Source of the DNA: Felis catus
Taxonomy: Eukaryota
NCBI RefSeq assembly: GCF_018350175.1
Contig: NC_058368.1
Coordinates: 58,220,001-58,284,000 of the forward strand
Length of the DNA: 64,000 bases
Reading direction: 5' to 3'
Under the pieces are notes generated by a model that saw nothing but the letters and a program-made list of their open reading frames with translations, did not search any database and was not told where the DNA came from. Position numbers and translations under genes: made by a program. Below, piece after piece: positions 24,863-37,323 of this stretch. Every line of letters starts with the position of its first letter. The stretch's first letter is position 1.

Positions 24863-27800
24863 AAAAATCTAGCCTATTTAGAGTAAGTGACTTAATCTTT
24901 GGCTGAAGGCTCATTTGTTAAGCCAAAATATGTGATAATTTATGAGCTCTCAGAATAATTACTTGTCCACCCCAAAATATATTCCTACCTTTTACTTAAA
25001 ACATCACCTGACGAAAACAAAAACAAGAACAAAAGCTCATCATTTAATGTTAGACATATTTTTAAGAGTTCCACAGAAACATCAAATGACTTATAAAACT
25101 ATGAGACATTAAAAAAAATCACTTAGTCCATAATTAAAAGAAAACTGCAAAAGTGAAAATGATTGCAACTGAAAAATAAATGGCATGCCTTCAACATTTT
25201 AACACTAGATATAGATATAATATCAGTAAAATTTTATATGGATGATGTAATATGAAGCAGGCCCCACAGATAGCTGATAGGAAAAATATTAAACATTATC
25301 AACTATTTACTTCATTTATTTATACACTTACCAGATATTACTGATACTTACTGATAATCAGTGTGAATTAGTCTATCAATATTTATTAATGCTAAATAAG
25401 TTTGTGACTAAAAAAGAAATGGATATGCATTAAGGTCATTAATACCTCAAATGAAGAAAGGGTCAAATATTGACAAAACTACTGAAAAGGAAGCAGGAAT
25501 GAGGAAAAAACAAACCAAAATCACAACTTTGCTGAAGTCTAGAGCCAAATCTTATAACCATGCATCCTTTCAAATATTAAATACACGAAACCTATGAAAG
25601 GGGTGTCTTCTCTAAAAAGTTAACAAGGGTGTGGTAGTTAATTGCATTTTTTCAAATATTCTAAAATAAAATATGGAGATGAAAAAATGCCTTAATAACA
25701 TAGAAATATTTTATTATTATATACCTTGCTACCAGCCAACTGATTTAGGTCATAGGATTAGATCATGTTAAAGGAACAAGTGATATTTTACAAAATGGAA
25801 GTGAAGAAAATATTATGGAAAATGTCAAAATAATCCAAGTAATGTCATAAGAAATAAATTACTATTTGGAATGAACATATACTTTCTTACACACTAAACA
25901 TTGGAGTTCTTCAAGAAGGAAAAATGAGGTCTTATTATCAGAAAAAATAGCTCTGTGGTGTTAGAGATATTTCCTATTAAACTATCTGAAGAACTCCAGA
26001 CTAAACTATTTAAAGAATTCCACAAACATAATTTAACACTTGAAATGACTTGCTGTTTAATTTCTTAATGAAGAGATTATTTTAGTAGTTTGCTATGTAA
26101 TCAGAAGTGTGAGAAAAATACATTCTTGCAATGGTTATTTGAAGTCACTAAGTTGTATAATGGTTTGTTTTGCACCAATGCATAACCCAAAGAATGAGAC
26201 TGTTATTTTTGTCCTATTTATCTCCTATTGGTTTTATCTTTTACCAAAGTTATAATGAAGTTAATCTAGTGAATCATGAAATATTATATATACTGATGCT
26301 CCAAATATTTTAAAAATTATATTTGCCACAGAATATTATTGAAATTATTTAAACATGAATTTTTATGCCTTATTTGTATCTGCATTTATTTATAATTTCC
26401 TACTGCCACAGACCTTCTTCTCTGTCTTCAATGTTTTATTTTAATGGGTCAGAATATTTTAAAAAGCAATACAAAGATAGAGAAAGAAAAAGGTATTGCA
26501 GGACTTCATGGAACAAGTGGTCTTGAAAGACTCTGTGTGAACAATAGGTGGAAGCAGATTCTATGGGAAAAAAATTTTTAGTCTTCTCAAAATGACTCTT
26601 TCTGCCTGTGTTCCTTGGATGGTTTCCCAGAAAGGAGGAGCTGAAAATAGCCCATACTGCTCCAACAGTGTTGCATTTACTGGTGGTAGAAAGCCTAAAT
26701 GGTATTTACCAGCCTAGCCATGCAACATAATGTTTTCTTAAATATTTATAAAGATTCTAGTGAAGACAATGAAGTAAAAAAAAAAGTTATATAGTAAAAT
26801 ATCATTGAGGAACAAGGAGAATGAAATATCAGTGATTCCAAATGTGGTGAATTTGTTCTGCATATTGAAAATATTCAGATTCTACAAGCAGAAGAACCTC
26901 TTAATATATGATTTAGATTATAAAATTATTATATAGAGGGGCTAAGTACATTGCACGACATTATACAAAGAAGAGATTGCCAAGCAGGATTTGAACCCTT
27001 GTAATTCATGTTCACAGTTCAAGCTCTTAATAATTTTGTATTGCTTCAGTAATTAGGCCCATTATTATTGCTGCTGCACTTCAGAAAATGACTGTGAAAA
27101 AAATATAATTTTCAGTACCACAGAATTGATGCACTGACTTCAGAGATTAGGTGGGGAAGAAATATTGAATATTTTTTCTCTTTTATGGAGTAATAAGATA
27201 GAATTCTCTCTATTCTTCAACTACAAATTGAACAAAAACATGCTGTAATGCTAATTCAAATCATATTCACATTACTAGAATTCCATCACCCTCTCCTTCT
27301 AAGTTCTCCATTCTCTCATTTTAAAATGCACATGATAATAAAATATAGAACATCCAGGAAGAAAAGTCATAATGGCTTTATTAACTATTTTACACCAATA
27401 TATAGTAAGTTCCTTCTATGCCAAATGTAACTAGGTCAAGTTTGGATATGTGATCCACCTTAGCATTAGAAATAAAGATAATCAACTACTAAAATCAGGT
27501 CAGTATGCATTCCTAAGCAAGATTGACAGAAGCTAAAATAGTTGTAAAGATCAAGAGATTACAGATTTAGACTTTAGCTTTTCTATGGAAACGAAAGCAT
27601 ATATTGCAGCTATAATTTCTCTGTATTGTTAAACATAATTTTCACATCATAAATCAGTTTGGCAACATCTTTCTTTGACTATTTTTAATTGAGGAAGTCT
27701 CAGATCTTTAACTTTATGTGCTGGATGAGATTAAAGAAGACACAGTACATTCCTTTCTTACATACTAGTTGGCAACAAAGAAAGGAACTCATTGGATCAA

Positions 27801-29995
27801 GATAGTAATAAGGATTTATTAAGAAAAGAAAAATATTTGTAAAGAAATCTTATTTAATGTATTTACAATAACTGAAGAATATACTTTACTATAGGCAGCT
27901 TTAATATTTCATTTTCAAACTACCAAAACAGTGTTCTAAAGAAACCAACTTTATTCAGATGTCATAAGTGTTAATCCTTATCCTTGCCTAATACTTTAAG
28001 CAAGGAAAGCTAATCTGGATTTATGTCATCTGAATAATGTCCTGTATCCAAACATGATGTAATCTCTCATTTCTTCTACTTGAAATCTCTATTTCTTTTC
28101 CCCTTTGCTCCCAGCTGTCTTCTGTTGCCTTTCCATAAATCCATTCACTGCAACTAAACAACCAGAAAATCAGGAAAAGCAGTTAAATAATTAACTCATA
28201 ACAAATGAAATCATGGTGGTTTCATCACTGAACATTACCAGAAAGGCCCTGTATTGAATTTTTAGGGACTCATTTCTGAATTTTACTTAAGAGAATTCTG
28301 AAGCATAATGCAGTCAATAATTTATTCTTTTAAGTGTGACATATACAAATTTAAAAACACGTATCTTGAATTATATTATTATTCATGTTATTTAGTCACT
28401 ATTTTGCACAAATTCTGAGTTACGCGTTTTCACAGGGTTTAGCCATTTAGCCAGGCATGGGGGTTATGGACTTTTCGGAATTTGTTATCATCATTCTTAA
28501 TTTGGTTTAAACTGAATAGAACCATAAAGAGACATCACACTATGATATTTTAAGACTGTTTCTTGCTAAACTTTCCTATATTTTCAGGTCCTCATTTAAT
28601 GCCAGGGAAGAATGTATTTTCTACCTTCTCATAAATAGTATGCAATTCCTTCATCAAATTTTTGACATTTGAAAACTTATCAGCTTATAATTCTAATTCA
28701 GTCCTCTTTCTCACCTTTCTATAAACTCTTGTATAGAACACAACAAATTTATAACATTTCAAAAATGTGTATCAGGTATGCATTTAAGCATATGATTGAA
28801 GTAATGTTATGTATTTGTTCAAATGTGATATTGGCATGTTAATATTTTTCTTTCAATACTGTTTTATTGATTAAAATGTTTATATTTGCCTATTTTCTGA
28901 AAATAAACACTGGTATATACATTATAAGATGTGGTAAATCCATCATTTTATACAATTATGGACTCTACACTTGATGGATACAATAAGGTTTTTGTTGACA
29001 TCATGAAACCAATAATACTACTTTATGATCAATGCTTTTATGCTATTTCCTCAAAAGATTCCACAGAAGGGTTGATGTCTGGGTCACAGACTTCATTGGC
29101 CTATTACAAAATGTGCTATCAATTTAGACGAAGTCAAAGAGGTCTGTGTTCTATATGGTTAGTATGAATTATAATTCCTTTCTTTTGAATAAATATGTCA
29201 TATTTTAAATATTCTATATATCCTAATATCCTGGGCATGGAAAAAGTAAATCATATTTGAAAATTAAATAAACACAAAACTTTTTCTATAAGAATTGTCA
29301 GCTAGTACTTATGCAATGAAAAAATATTTCTATGATTTCATCACGTAATTATTACAATCTACATTTTTTAATGGAGAGGAAGTGTTAAAAGTCATGGTCT
29401 AGGAGCTTCCATTGTCTGTGGGAGCTGCTCACAATAGGACCTTAACTATTAGAAGCTACCAGTGAAGCTAAGGGAAATAATTGAATTATAACAACAACAA
29501 CAAAAAAAAACCAGAATAAAGTTCTAGCAAATTGTGTCAGCCAGCATATACTAAACACACTGAGTAGTAATTCATCAATATGTATACATTAAATGAATGC
29601 AGTTTTTTGTATTTCATTTATACCAGTGTAGCTAAAAAATAAAATCTATATTGCAATTAAATATTTTACAAAATACATTGAGTAATAAGTAAATCATCAT
29701 TTTGTGTATCTAGGTTCAGTGAAGCTTATACACCCCATTTTAGCCAATGAAATTTGAGAGTTGTTTGTTCTTAGTTTCTGAGAATGATTTCCCGCAGTCT
29801 CAAGGGAAAAATATGAAAAATATAGATCCAATAATCTCCAGGGTTGAACAATGAAGTTCATACCTTAACAACTATTATAAACATTGACTCATAAACATGA
29901 AATTAATGTGTTACTAGAGCTAAACCCAATGAAAAGCAAAGAAAAGAATTCTAAAGAATCTTGTTTCCTGCTAAAAACAACAATCTTTATCTTAG

Positions 29996-29997
<2 letters not shown>

Positions 29998-30038
<41 letters not shown>
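29998..30038. repeat. (GT)n microsatellite
   Basis: About 20 perfect units. Confidence 0.97.
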
Positions 30039-30040
<2 letters not shown>

Positions 30041-30064
30041 GAGAGTGTTAAAAGTCTTATTCCA

Positions 30065-30284
30065 GGGGCGCCTGGGTGGCGCAGTCGGTTAAGTGTCCGA
30101 CTTCAGCCAGGTCACGATCTCGCGGTCCGGGAGTTCGAGCCCCGCGTCGGGCTCTGGGCTGATGGCTCAGAGCCTGGAGCCTGTTTCCGATTCTGTGTCT
30201 CCCTCTCTCTCTGCCCCTCCCCCGTTCATGCTCTGTCTCTCTCTGTCCCAAAAATAAATAAACGTTGAAAAAAAAATTAAAAAA
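30065..30284 (+). mobile_element. Young felid CanSINE
   Basis: CpG-intact GGGGCGCCTGGGTGGCGCAGTCGG...CAGCCAGGTCACGATC; tail aaacgttgaaaa; perfect TSD aaaagtcttattcca (30050-30064, 30285-30299). Confidence 0.98.
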
Positions 30285-30437
30285 AAAAGTCTTATTCCAG
30301 GAATTTCCATCGTCTATGGGAGTTGCTCACATTAGCATCCCAAGTATTAGAAGCCACAGATGAAGATGAGTATGGTCGAACTCCAGGGCATAATTAAAAC
30401 AAAACAAAACAAAATAAAAAATATATATGTTTAAACA

Positions 30438-30649
30438 ATTTTTTAATAATTATTTATTTTTGAGAGAGAGAGAGAGACAGAGAGCGAACAGGGGAGGGAC
30501 AGAGAGAGAGGGAGACACAGAATGTGAAGCAGGTTCCAGGCTCTGACCTGACAGTACAGAGCCCAACACAGGGCTCAAACTCACACACTGTGGATCATGA
30601 CCTGAGCCAAAGTCAGCTGCTTAACTGACTGAGTCACCAAGGTGCCCCC
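30438..30649 (-). mobile_element. CanSINE
   Basis: Full element; TSD core aaaatatatat. Confidence 0.95.
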
Positions 30650-31542
30650 AAAATATATATATTTTAAAATCCAGCTTTATATGATCAATTTATTATAACA
30701 CAGTGTCTGTATTATCTCCAAGGGAAAATTAAGACAAAATCCTCTAAAGATTTTACATAGTGATTGGAGGGATAAAAAATGACTAGTTTCTTTAATAATA
30801 ATAAAGAGAAGGAATTACAAATATAACATGTGCAATGCTTAGGTGTAATTTACTTACAATTATTTTTTCAGTTAACATGAACTTATATTTTGGAAGAGTT
30901 TGCTACTAAGAGTCTCTAAAGGAAGAGATCTTATAAAAAATCTTTGCAACCAATTTATAAAATAAACACCATTTTTTTGTAAATTTATATGAAGATATTA
31001 TTTAACCTTTAAGCTTTTTTCCAAGTCTGTTTTACAGCTAGTTTAAGGAAGATATCAAAGACAGGAAAGACATGAAGTTGGCACATGTAGAGGAAACAAT
31101 AATGTATTAAGCACAAACACATAAATTGATTTGAAGTGAAACTGAAAAATACCAATACAAGAATAAATTTGGATATCTAGAACTCTCATAACTTAGAAGG
31201 TGAAGCTTGTCCAAAAATGTAGACTAATTACAGGATCCAGAAGGGTCATATAATTTGGCTTAAAATGGGACATTCCACTAATGAAAAAATATTGTGTGGA
31301 AACAGATTCAATTAGATCGACATGTGAGTGGTGAAAAGACAATATCCTATGATTACCGATTAATCAAATATCTAAATATTACCAATATTATAGTCTTTTG
31401 AATTTCCTGCTGTTTAATTGCGATTATTCTTTCCATTTATGTGTTTGAACCTTTAAAAACCTATAACATCCTCAAGTTCCTAGAATGAACACTTTTTTAT
31501 ATTTCAATACACTTTTAGCTTGGTAAAATATTATTCAACTCT

Positions 31543-31568
<26 letters not shown>
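31543..31568. repeat. (TG)n microsatellite
   Basis: Direct inspection. Confidence 0.92.
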
Positions 31569-31574
<6 letters not shown>

Positions 31575-31799
31575 GCATTACCACATATTTGTCAATATTG
31601 CATTTGTCTATTTTATATACAATGATATATGTATTCTTGCCTTTCCAATTCTCAAACTGTTTATTTTGAATATATATTAGATCCCCAATACAATCACTAA
31701 GAAAGAAAAGAACACCAAATTATTTGTACTTACTAAGATTTTTCCATGATAAAGGGAGGAAACTGTATCTATAAATTCATTTTTAAAAGAGAAGAGTCT

Positions 31800-32014
31800 G
31801 GGGCACCTGGGTGACGCAGTCAGTTGAGCGTTCAACTTCAGCTCAGGTCATGATCTCATGGTTCATTGAGCTTGAGCCCCAGGACAGGATCTGTGGTGAT
31901 AGCTTGGAGCTTAGAGGCTACTTAGAATTCTGTGTCTCCCTCTCTCTCTCTCTGCCCTCCCCGACTCGCACTTTGTCTCTTTCAAAAATAAATAAACCTT
32001 AAAACATAAATAAG

Positions 32015-32056
<42 letters not shown>
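31800..32056 (+). mobile_element. CanSINE with (TAAA)n tail
   Basis: TSD agaagag(t/c)ctg. Confidence 0.95.
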
Positions 32057-32057
<1 letters not shown>

Positions 32058-32838
32058 GAAGAGCCTGAGAAACATTTTAAAGGTGATTCAAATAAAATAG
32101 ATTACAGTTTATAAACATAGGTGACATAACAAACATTATTAATGTTTTAAAAACAGAAGGCTATATGAATTATTAGCTTATATTTAAATATATGTATTTA
32201 CCACAGTGAAAATTTTCATGTTTCTTTTATTTGAAAAAACACAAAGAATTTTCAATCTTCAACCACAGGGGGGAAAATGACGTTAAAAATTATTTCATTG
32301 AATGAAAGTTTTGTTCCTTACAAATAGGAAATGAATCTGCATCATACATATGCTCTATAATACATTATATTGCATTGTGCAGGACCTATCCTATATTTAT
32401 TTTTATTTTTGCCATCATGTTGAATCCTGGCAGGTAAATTCCTAAAATTTCAAAACCATTCCTCTAGATTTTTGTTTCGAATGCTCTGGGTATAAAAATT
32501 CCTCAATTTTCATGATACACAATCTGTTAGACTCAGAATATTTTATCACACACATCTTAGAACTCTGTTAGAACTGTATTTGTCTACATTTTCCTCATTT
32601 CAATTCAAACTCTATTCTACATCAATTTTTCTAAGAATAGAAAAATTCTTATCCTATTTATAATAATTTTTATAGAAGTTAAAGATTTCTGTTAGCTTTA
32701 TGTTAGATCTGACTACAAATTTCTTAATGTTTCTTTGAAATTTTAAGGGTAAGAATTTGGATTCTTACCCTTTTGAAATAATAATCTTTAATTTTTTAGA
32801 CCTCAGTCTTATGTAAAAATGGCTTAAGTTGTGTTTTT

Positions 32839-32999
32839 TTAAAATTTTTTCAACATTTGTTCATTTTTGAGAGGCAGACTGTGAGCAGTGTGGACAGACA
32901 GCGAGGGAAACACAGAATCTGAAGCACGCTCCAGTCTCTGAGCTGTCAGAGCTCAGTCGGATAGTCGGACCCTTAACTGACTGAACCACTCAAGCTCCT
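32839..32999 (-). mobile_element. Internally deleted CanSINE
   Basis: Perfect TSD cttaagttgtgttttt (32823-32838, 33000-33015); the B-box segment is absent. Confidence 0.9.
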
Positions 33000-33036
33000 C
33001 TTAAGTTGTGTTTTTAGGGAATGCCTTTACTAAAAG

Positions 33037-33038
<2 letters not shown>

Positions 33039-33078
<40 letters not shown>
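33039..33078. repeat. (AC)n microsatellite
   Basis: About 20 units. Confidence 0.97.
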
Positions 33079-33080
<2 letters not shown>

Positions 33081-33302
33081 CTTTGAGGTCAATCTCATTG
33101 TTCTGAACCATCCAAAACAGTGAGATAACTTAGGTTAAAAGGGGTAAAACGATTTTAAAAATGCATCACTAGGTAAAACAAAATTGTAACTTAATACATT
33201 TTGTAACTTCCAATTATGATATATTAATTTGCTATTACCATTTGGATTTTTTGCATTGATATTAAACCAATGTTTGCCTATTCTCATGTTTTGAAAATAT
33301 AC

Positions 33303-33522
33303 GGGGGCACCTGGGTGGCTCAGTTATTAAATGTCCAATTTTGGCTCAGGTCATGATCTCATGGTTTCTGGGTTTGAGTCTTGTGTCGGGTACTGTGCTG
33401 ACAGCTCAGAGCCTGAAGCCTGCTTCAGACTGCGTGTCTCCCCTCTCTCTGCCCTTACCCCACTCGTACCGTCTCTATCTCTGGTAAATAAATAAACTTC
33501 AAAAATTAAAAAGAAAAAAAAA
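33303..33522 (+). mobile_element. CanSINE
   Basis: Full element; TSD core gaaaatata. Confidence 0.95.
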
Positions 33523-33866
33523 GAAAATATAGATTGTGCACTCAACTGAAAAGGAAATTGCAAAGTGAGGACACAGTATGTCTTTAAGCAACAATATCAT
33601 TAATGATTAACAGAAATGGAAGAATTTAAAAATACATGAATCAGTCTCAACTATTTTTGATGGAAAGCAGTGTTTGTGTGTGTGTGTTTCCTCAGAATGG
33701 ATTTTTCTTCTGATATCACCCATAGAAGTAATGTTTGTCACATAAAATTTTGTCAAAAAGATTTGGCAAACATAGACAAAGGAAGTCCTACAGTGTTCCA
33801 TTTTCGGTCACGTGGTCAGAACCTGATATCTCACAGAAGATAGATTTCACAAAATTTTCTTTTCTG

Positions 33867-34080
33867 GGGGCGCCTGGGTGGCGCAGTCGGTTAAGCGTCC
33901 GACTTCAGCCAGGTCACGATCTCGCGGTCCGGGAGTTCGAGCCCCGTGTCAGGCTCTGGGCTGATGGCTCAGAGCCTGGAGCCTGGCTGATTCTGTGTCT
34001 CCCTCTCTCTCTGCCCCTCCCCCGTTCATGCTCTGTCTCTCTCTGTCCCAAAAATAAACGTTGAAAAAAAAATTTAAAAA
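33867..34080 (+). mobile_element. Young felid CanSINE
   Basis: CpG-intact; perfect TSD aaaattttcttttctg (33851-33866, 34081-34096). Confidence 0.98.
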
Positions 34081-34264
34081 AAAATTTTCTTTTCTGTATC
34101 CTTATCTGATTGTACTTTTATGATATTTTTGCTGGTGTTATTTCTAAAACTATCCACAAATTTAGTTACATCTAACATAGTTAACAGCTACATAATTGAT
34201 ATGCTTATACAGTTATATTAAAGATTTGTGCATTCCCATTCATATCATTTGGTGTTATTTTCAT

Positions 34265-34396
34265 TATATATATATGTATATATAATATACATATATATAT
34301 GTATGTATATATAATATACATATATATATGTATGTATATATATATGTATATATGTATGTATACATATGTATATATATATATATATATATATGTATG
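34265..34396. repeat. (TA)n/(TATG)n compound repeat
   Basis: Direct inspection. Confidence 0.93.
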
Positions 34397-34442
34397 TTTT
34401 ATTAGCTAAAATCTCTCCTGTGTTTAGAATATTTAGAACTTT

Positions 34443-34668
34443 GGGGCGCCTGGGTGGTGCAGTCGGTTAAGCGTCCGACTTCAGCCAGGTCACGATCTCA
34501 CGGTCCGTGGGTTCGAGTCCCGCGTCGGGCTCTGGGCTGATGGCTCAGAGCCTGGAGCCTGTTTCCGATTCTGTGTCTCCCTCTCTCTCTGCCCCTCCCC
34601 CGTTCATGCTCTGTCTCGCTCTGTCCCAAAAATAAATAAAAAACGTTGAAAAAAATTTTTTAAAAAAA
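34443..34668 (+). mobile_element. Young felid CanSINE
   Basis: CpG-rich; TSD agaatatttagaa (34426-34438, 34669-34681). Confidence 0.98.
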
Positions 34669-35337
34669 AGAATATTTAGAAACTGTTTTCTGGATCACTT
34701 TGCCTTTGTTTTATAATACTTTGATGAAATATTAGATTTTTCTTAAAAGCTTTTTTGACTTTAACTGAATGCCATCTCTAATTAATTCCACTAGTAAATT
34801 CCATGTAGCTAATTCATAAGAGATGTGTCTTCTTCCTAGTAAATATATTAAGAAAGAAATAATTGTTAATATATTACCTTGCCAATATTAAACTGTCACC
34901 AGAATTTATTATATTTCAAACAGATTTATGTTCATGGATACTATAACAGAAAAATATATCTTTGAAAATATTATTATGGGTTTCTTATATTGTTTTGGCA
35001 TTTAGGATAATCAACAATACTGATATTTTAATTTGCAAAAATTATTGTTTATTTTGAATCCCCTTCAAAATACTTTTGTTTTTCACTTTACATCACTAGC
35101 ATGAAGTTATAGGGTATAAAAAGCAAACTTGGTTGCAGTGCTTTACCAAAGTCATACATAGGTAATGTCTGGGACATAGGATTACAAACCTGAGCAAACT
35201 GGTTCTACAGTATGTGGCCATAACAAATGTGCACTGTATATTGCCTCTGTTTATGTGTATATTCCTGTCTGACAAGAGAGAGGAAGTTAGAGTGAATTGT
35301 CTCCATTCAGTAAGTTGTTTTAAATGTAATGGAATTA

Positions 35338-35601
35338 GGGGTGCCTGGGTGGCTCAGTGAGTTAAGCGGCCGACTTGGCTCAGGTCATGATCTCAGGATT
35401 CGTGAGTTCCAACCCTGTGTTGGGCTCTGTGCTGACAGCTCAGTGCCTGGAGCCTGCTTCAGATCTGTGTCTCCCTCTCTCTCTGCCCCTCCCCTGCTCA
35501 CACTCCTGTCTCTGTCTCTCAAAAAAGGAAATACACTGAATGAATTAAATGAATGAATGAATGAATGAATGAATGAATAAATAATTTTTTATAAAAAATT
35601 A
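35338..35601 (+). mobile_element. CanSINE with (TGAA)n tail
   Basis: Perfect 17-bp TSD taaatgtaatggaatta (35321-35337, 35602-35618). Confidence 0.97.
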
Positions 35602-35677
35602 TAAATGTAATGGAATTAAAGAGATGTAAATGTTAACACTGTTGTATGCAACTTTATTTGTAAAACTCAATAATTTA

Positions 35678-35908
35678 CAAGGGTTGACAAACTATGGGTC
35701 TGTTGAACAGATCTTGCTTGCAATTGAGTTTTGTTAAAAAAACAAAACAAAACACTCAGGGAGGGGAATCACACAATTTACTATTGTTTATGTCTGCTTT
35801 CCTGCTTCAATAGCAATGGTGAATAGTGGCCAAAAAAGACCACATAAGCCTTCAAAACTTAAGATATTTCCTTTCTGGCCCTTTACTGAAAAAGTGTGTA
35901 AACCTCTG
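35678..35908 (+). mobile_element. MER58A-like hAT-Charlie MITE
   Basis: caagggttgacaaactatgg ... tctggccctttactgaaaaagtgtgtaaacctctg matches both MER58A termini. Confidence 0.85.
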
Positions 35909-36495
35909 TGTTCTAAATTAATTGCCTTCAATTCTTTTTTAAAAAGCCATGTGCTAGACTGAGAAAATGTCTAGTCCCAGTCCAACCTTAAATGGAATTT
36001 GCTTTTATCTTGGACTCTTTGATTCTGTTATTTATCAAAGTTTAATTGGTATAAATTTCTCAAAATATAGATGTGTGTTACTCCCTGATATTTTGTTTCT
36101 TTTTATTTTTATTTTTAATTTTTCCCTGATGTTTTAAATTACAGCTAGTTAATATTTTAATAGCTTTAAAAAGAAATTCATATTTTTAAACTTATTTGTT
36201 CTTTTCTATTTTGCCTATTTTAATAACAAAAATTATTAGCTAATATGTTTATATTCATTGACTTGCTTTGTTGGTCTGAATTTCAAACAATGATAATAGT
36301 AATTAAATGAATGTCATCTTTATGGATAGAAATAGGAAATTGTTCAGCCCTTTTCCAGACAGTTCACAAAATTAGTCCTGTCTTTTAAGCATTTAATTCA
36401 GGCCAACTGAAAATGGAATTGAGAAAACATATACGAGTTTAAAATGCCATAAAATAAAGGTACATTAACTTATTTTATAGGAATGCGTATGCGCG

Positions 36496-36498
<3 letters not shown>

Positions 36499-36536
<38 letters not shown>
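36499..36536. repeat. (AC)n microsatellite
   Basis: Direct inspection. Confidence 0.96.
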
Positions 36537-36538
<2 letters not shown>

Positions 36539-37106
36539 CATGCAGAAAGGCCTGTGAGAATCCTTTGAGAATATCCTATTGTTGGAGTTACTTTTCCCAA
36601 CTACAGCAAAATATGTGATTTTTGGAAAATCCTTGGCCACTCAGCAATAACATTCACTTTTCTCATATTCACCATTCCAGATATTGTCACCAGTCAGCTA
36701 ACACATAGTTGTAATTCTCTCATTCCTTTTACGACTAATAATTTCTTATAAGAAAGACAAAGATAGATTTAGTTTATTATAGAAAATCAAGATGAAGGAA
36801 ATGTTTTGGGCAGGGATACAAAAGCTAACTTTGGAATTGTTTGTTTTTTACAATAAGCATCCAAGTAATGACATTCTTTGGTTGGATATTGAGGTTGAGA
36901 TTTTCCAAGGAAGATTGTAGCTCATGGAATAGTGGTAGAAATGATCAATTGATATATATAAAAACTAGATTTTTGCTAAATAAATTCTTCTTCAAATAAA
37001 TATAGATGGATAAGGCAAAGAAGAAAGCCCTGTGTATTCAAGAGTCAAAATGAATGATGCTTGTGAATATTAACTTTCAGTTGCATTTAGTCAAAATACA
37101 AAAGCT

Positions 37107-37323
37107 TGGGCGCTTGGGTGGCTCAGTCGATTAAATGTCTTGACTTCAACTCAGGTCATAATCTCAGGGCTCGTGGGTTCGGGCCCAGTGTTGGGCTCTG
37201 TGCTGACAGCTCAGAGCCTGGGACCTGCTTCAGATTCTGCCTCTGTCTCTGTCTCTCTCTGCCCCTCCCCCACTCACACACTGTCTTTCTCTCTCTCCTT
37301 CAAATATAAACATTTAAAAAAAT
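37107..37323 (+). mobile_element. CanSINE
   Basis: TSD tcaaaatacaa(a/c)agct. Confidence 0.95.

Noticed and set aside
30002..34064. ORFs containing GAPGWRSRLSVRLQPGHDLAVREF and the many similar MAQSV... ORFs
   Set aside because: Translations of CanSINE bodies, not a protein family.
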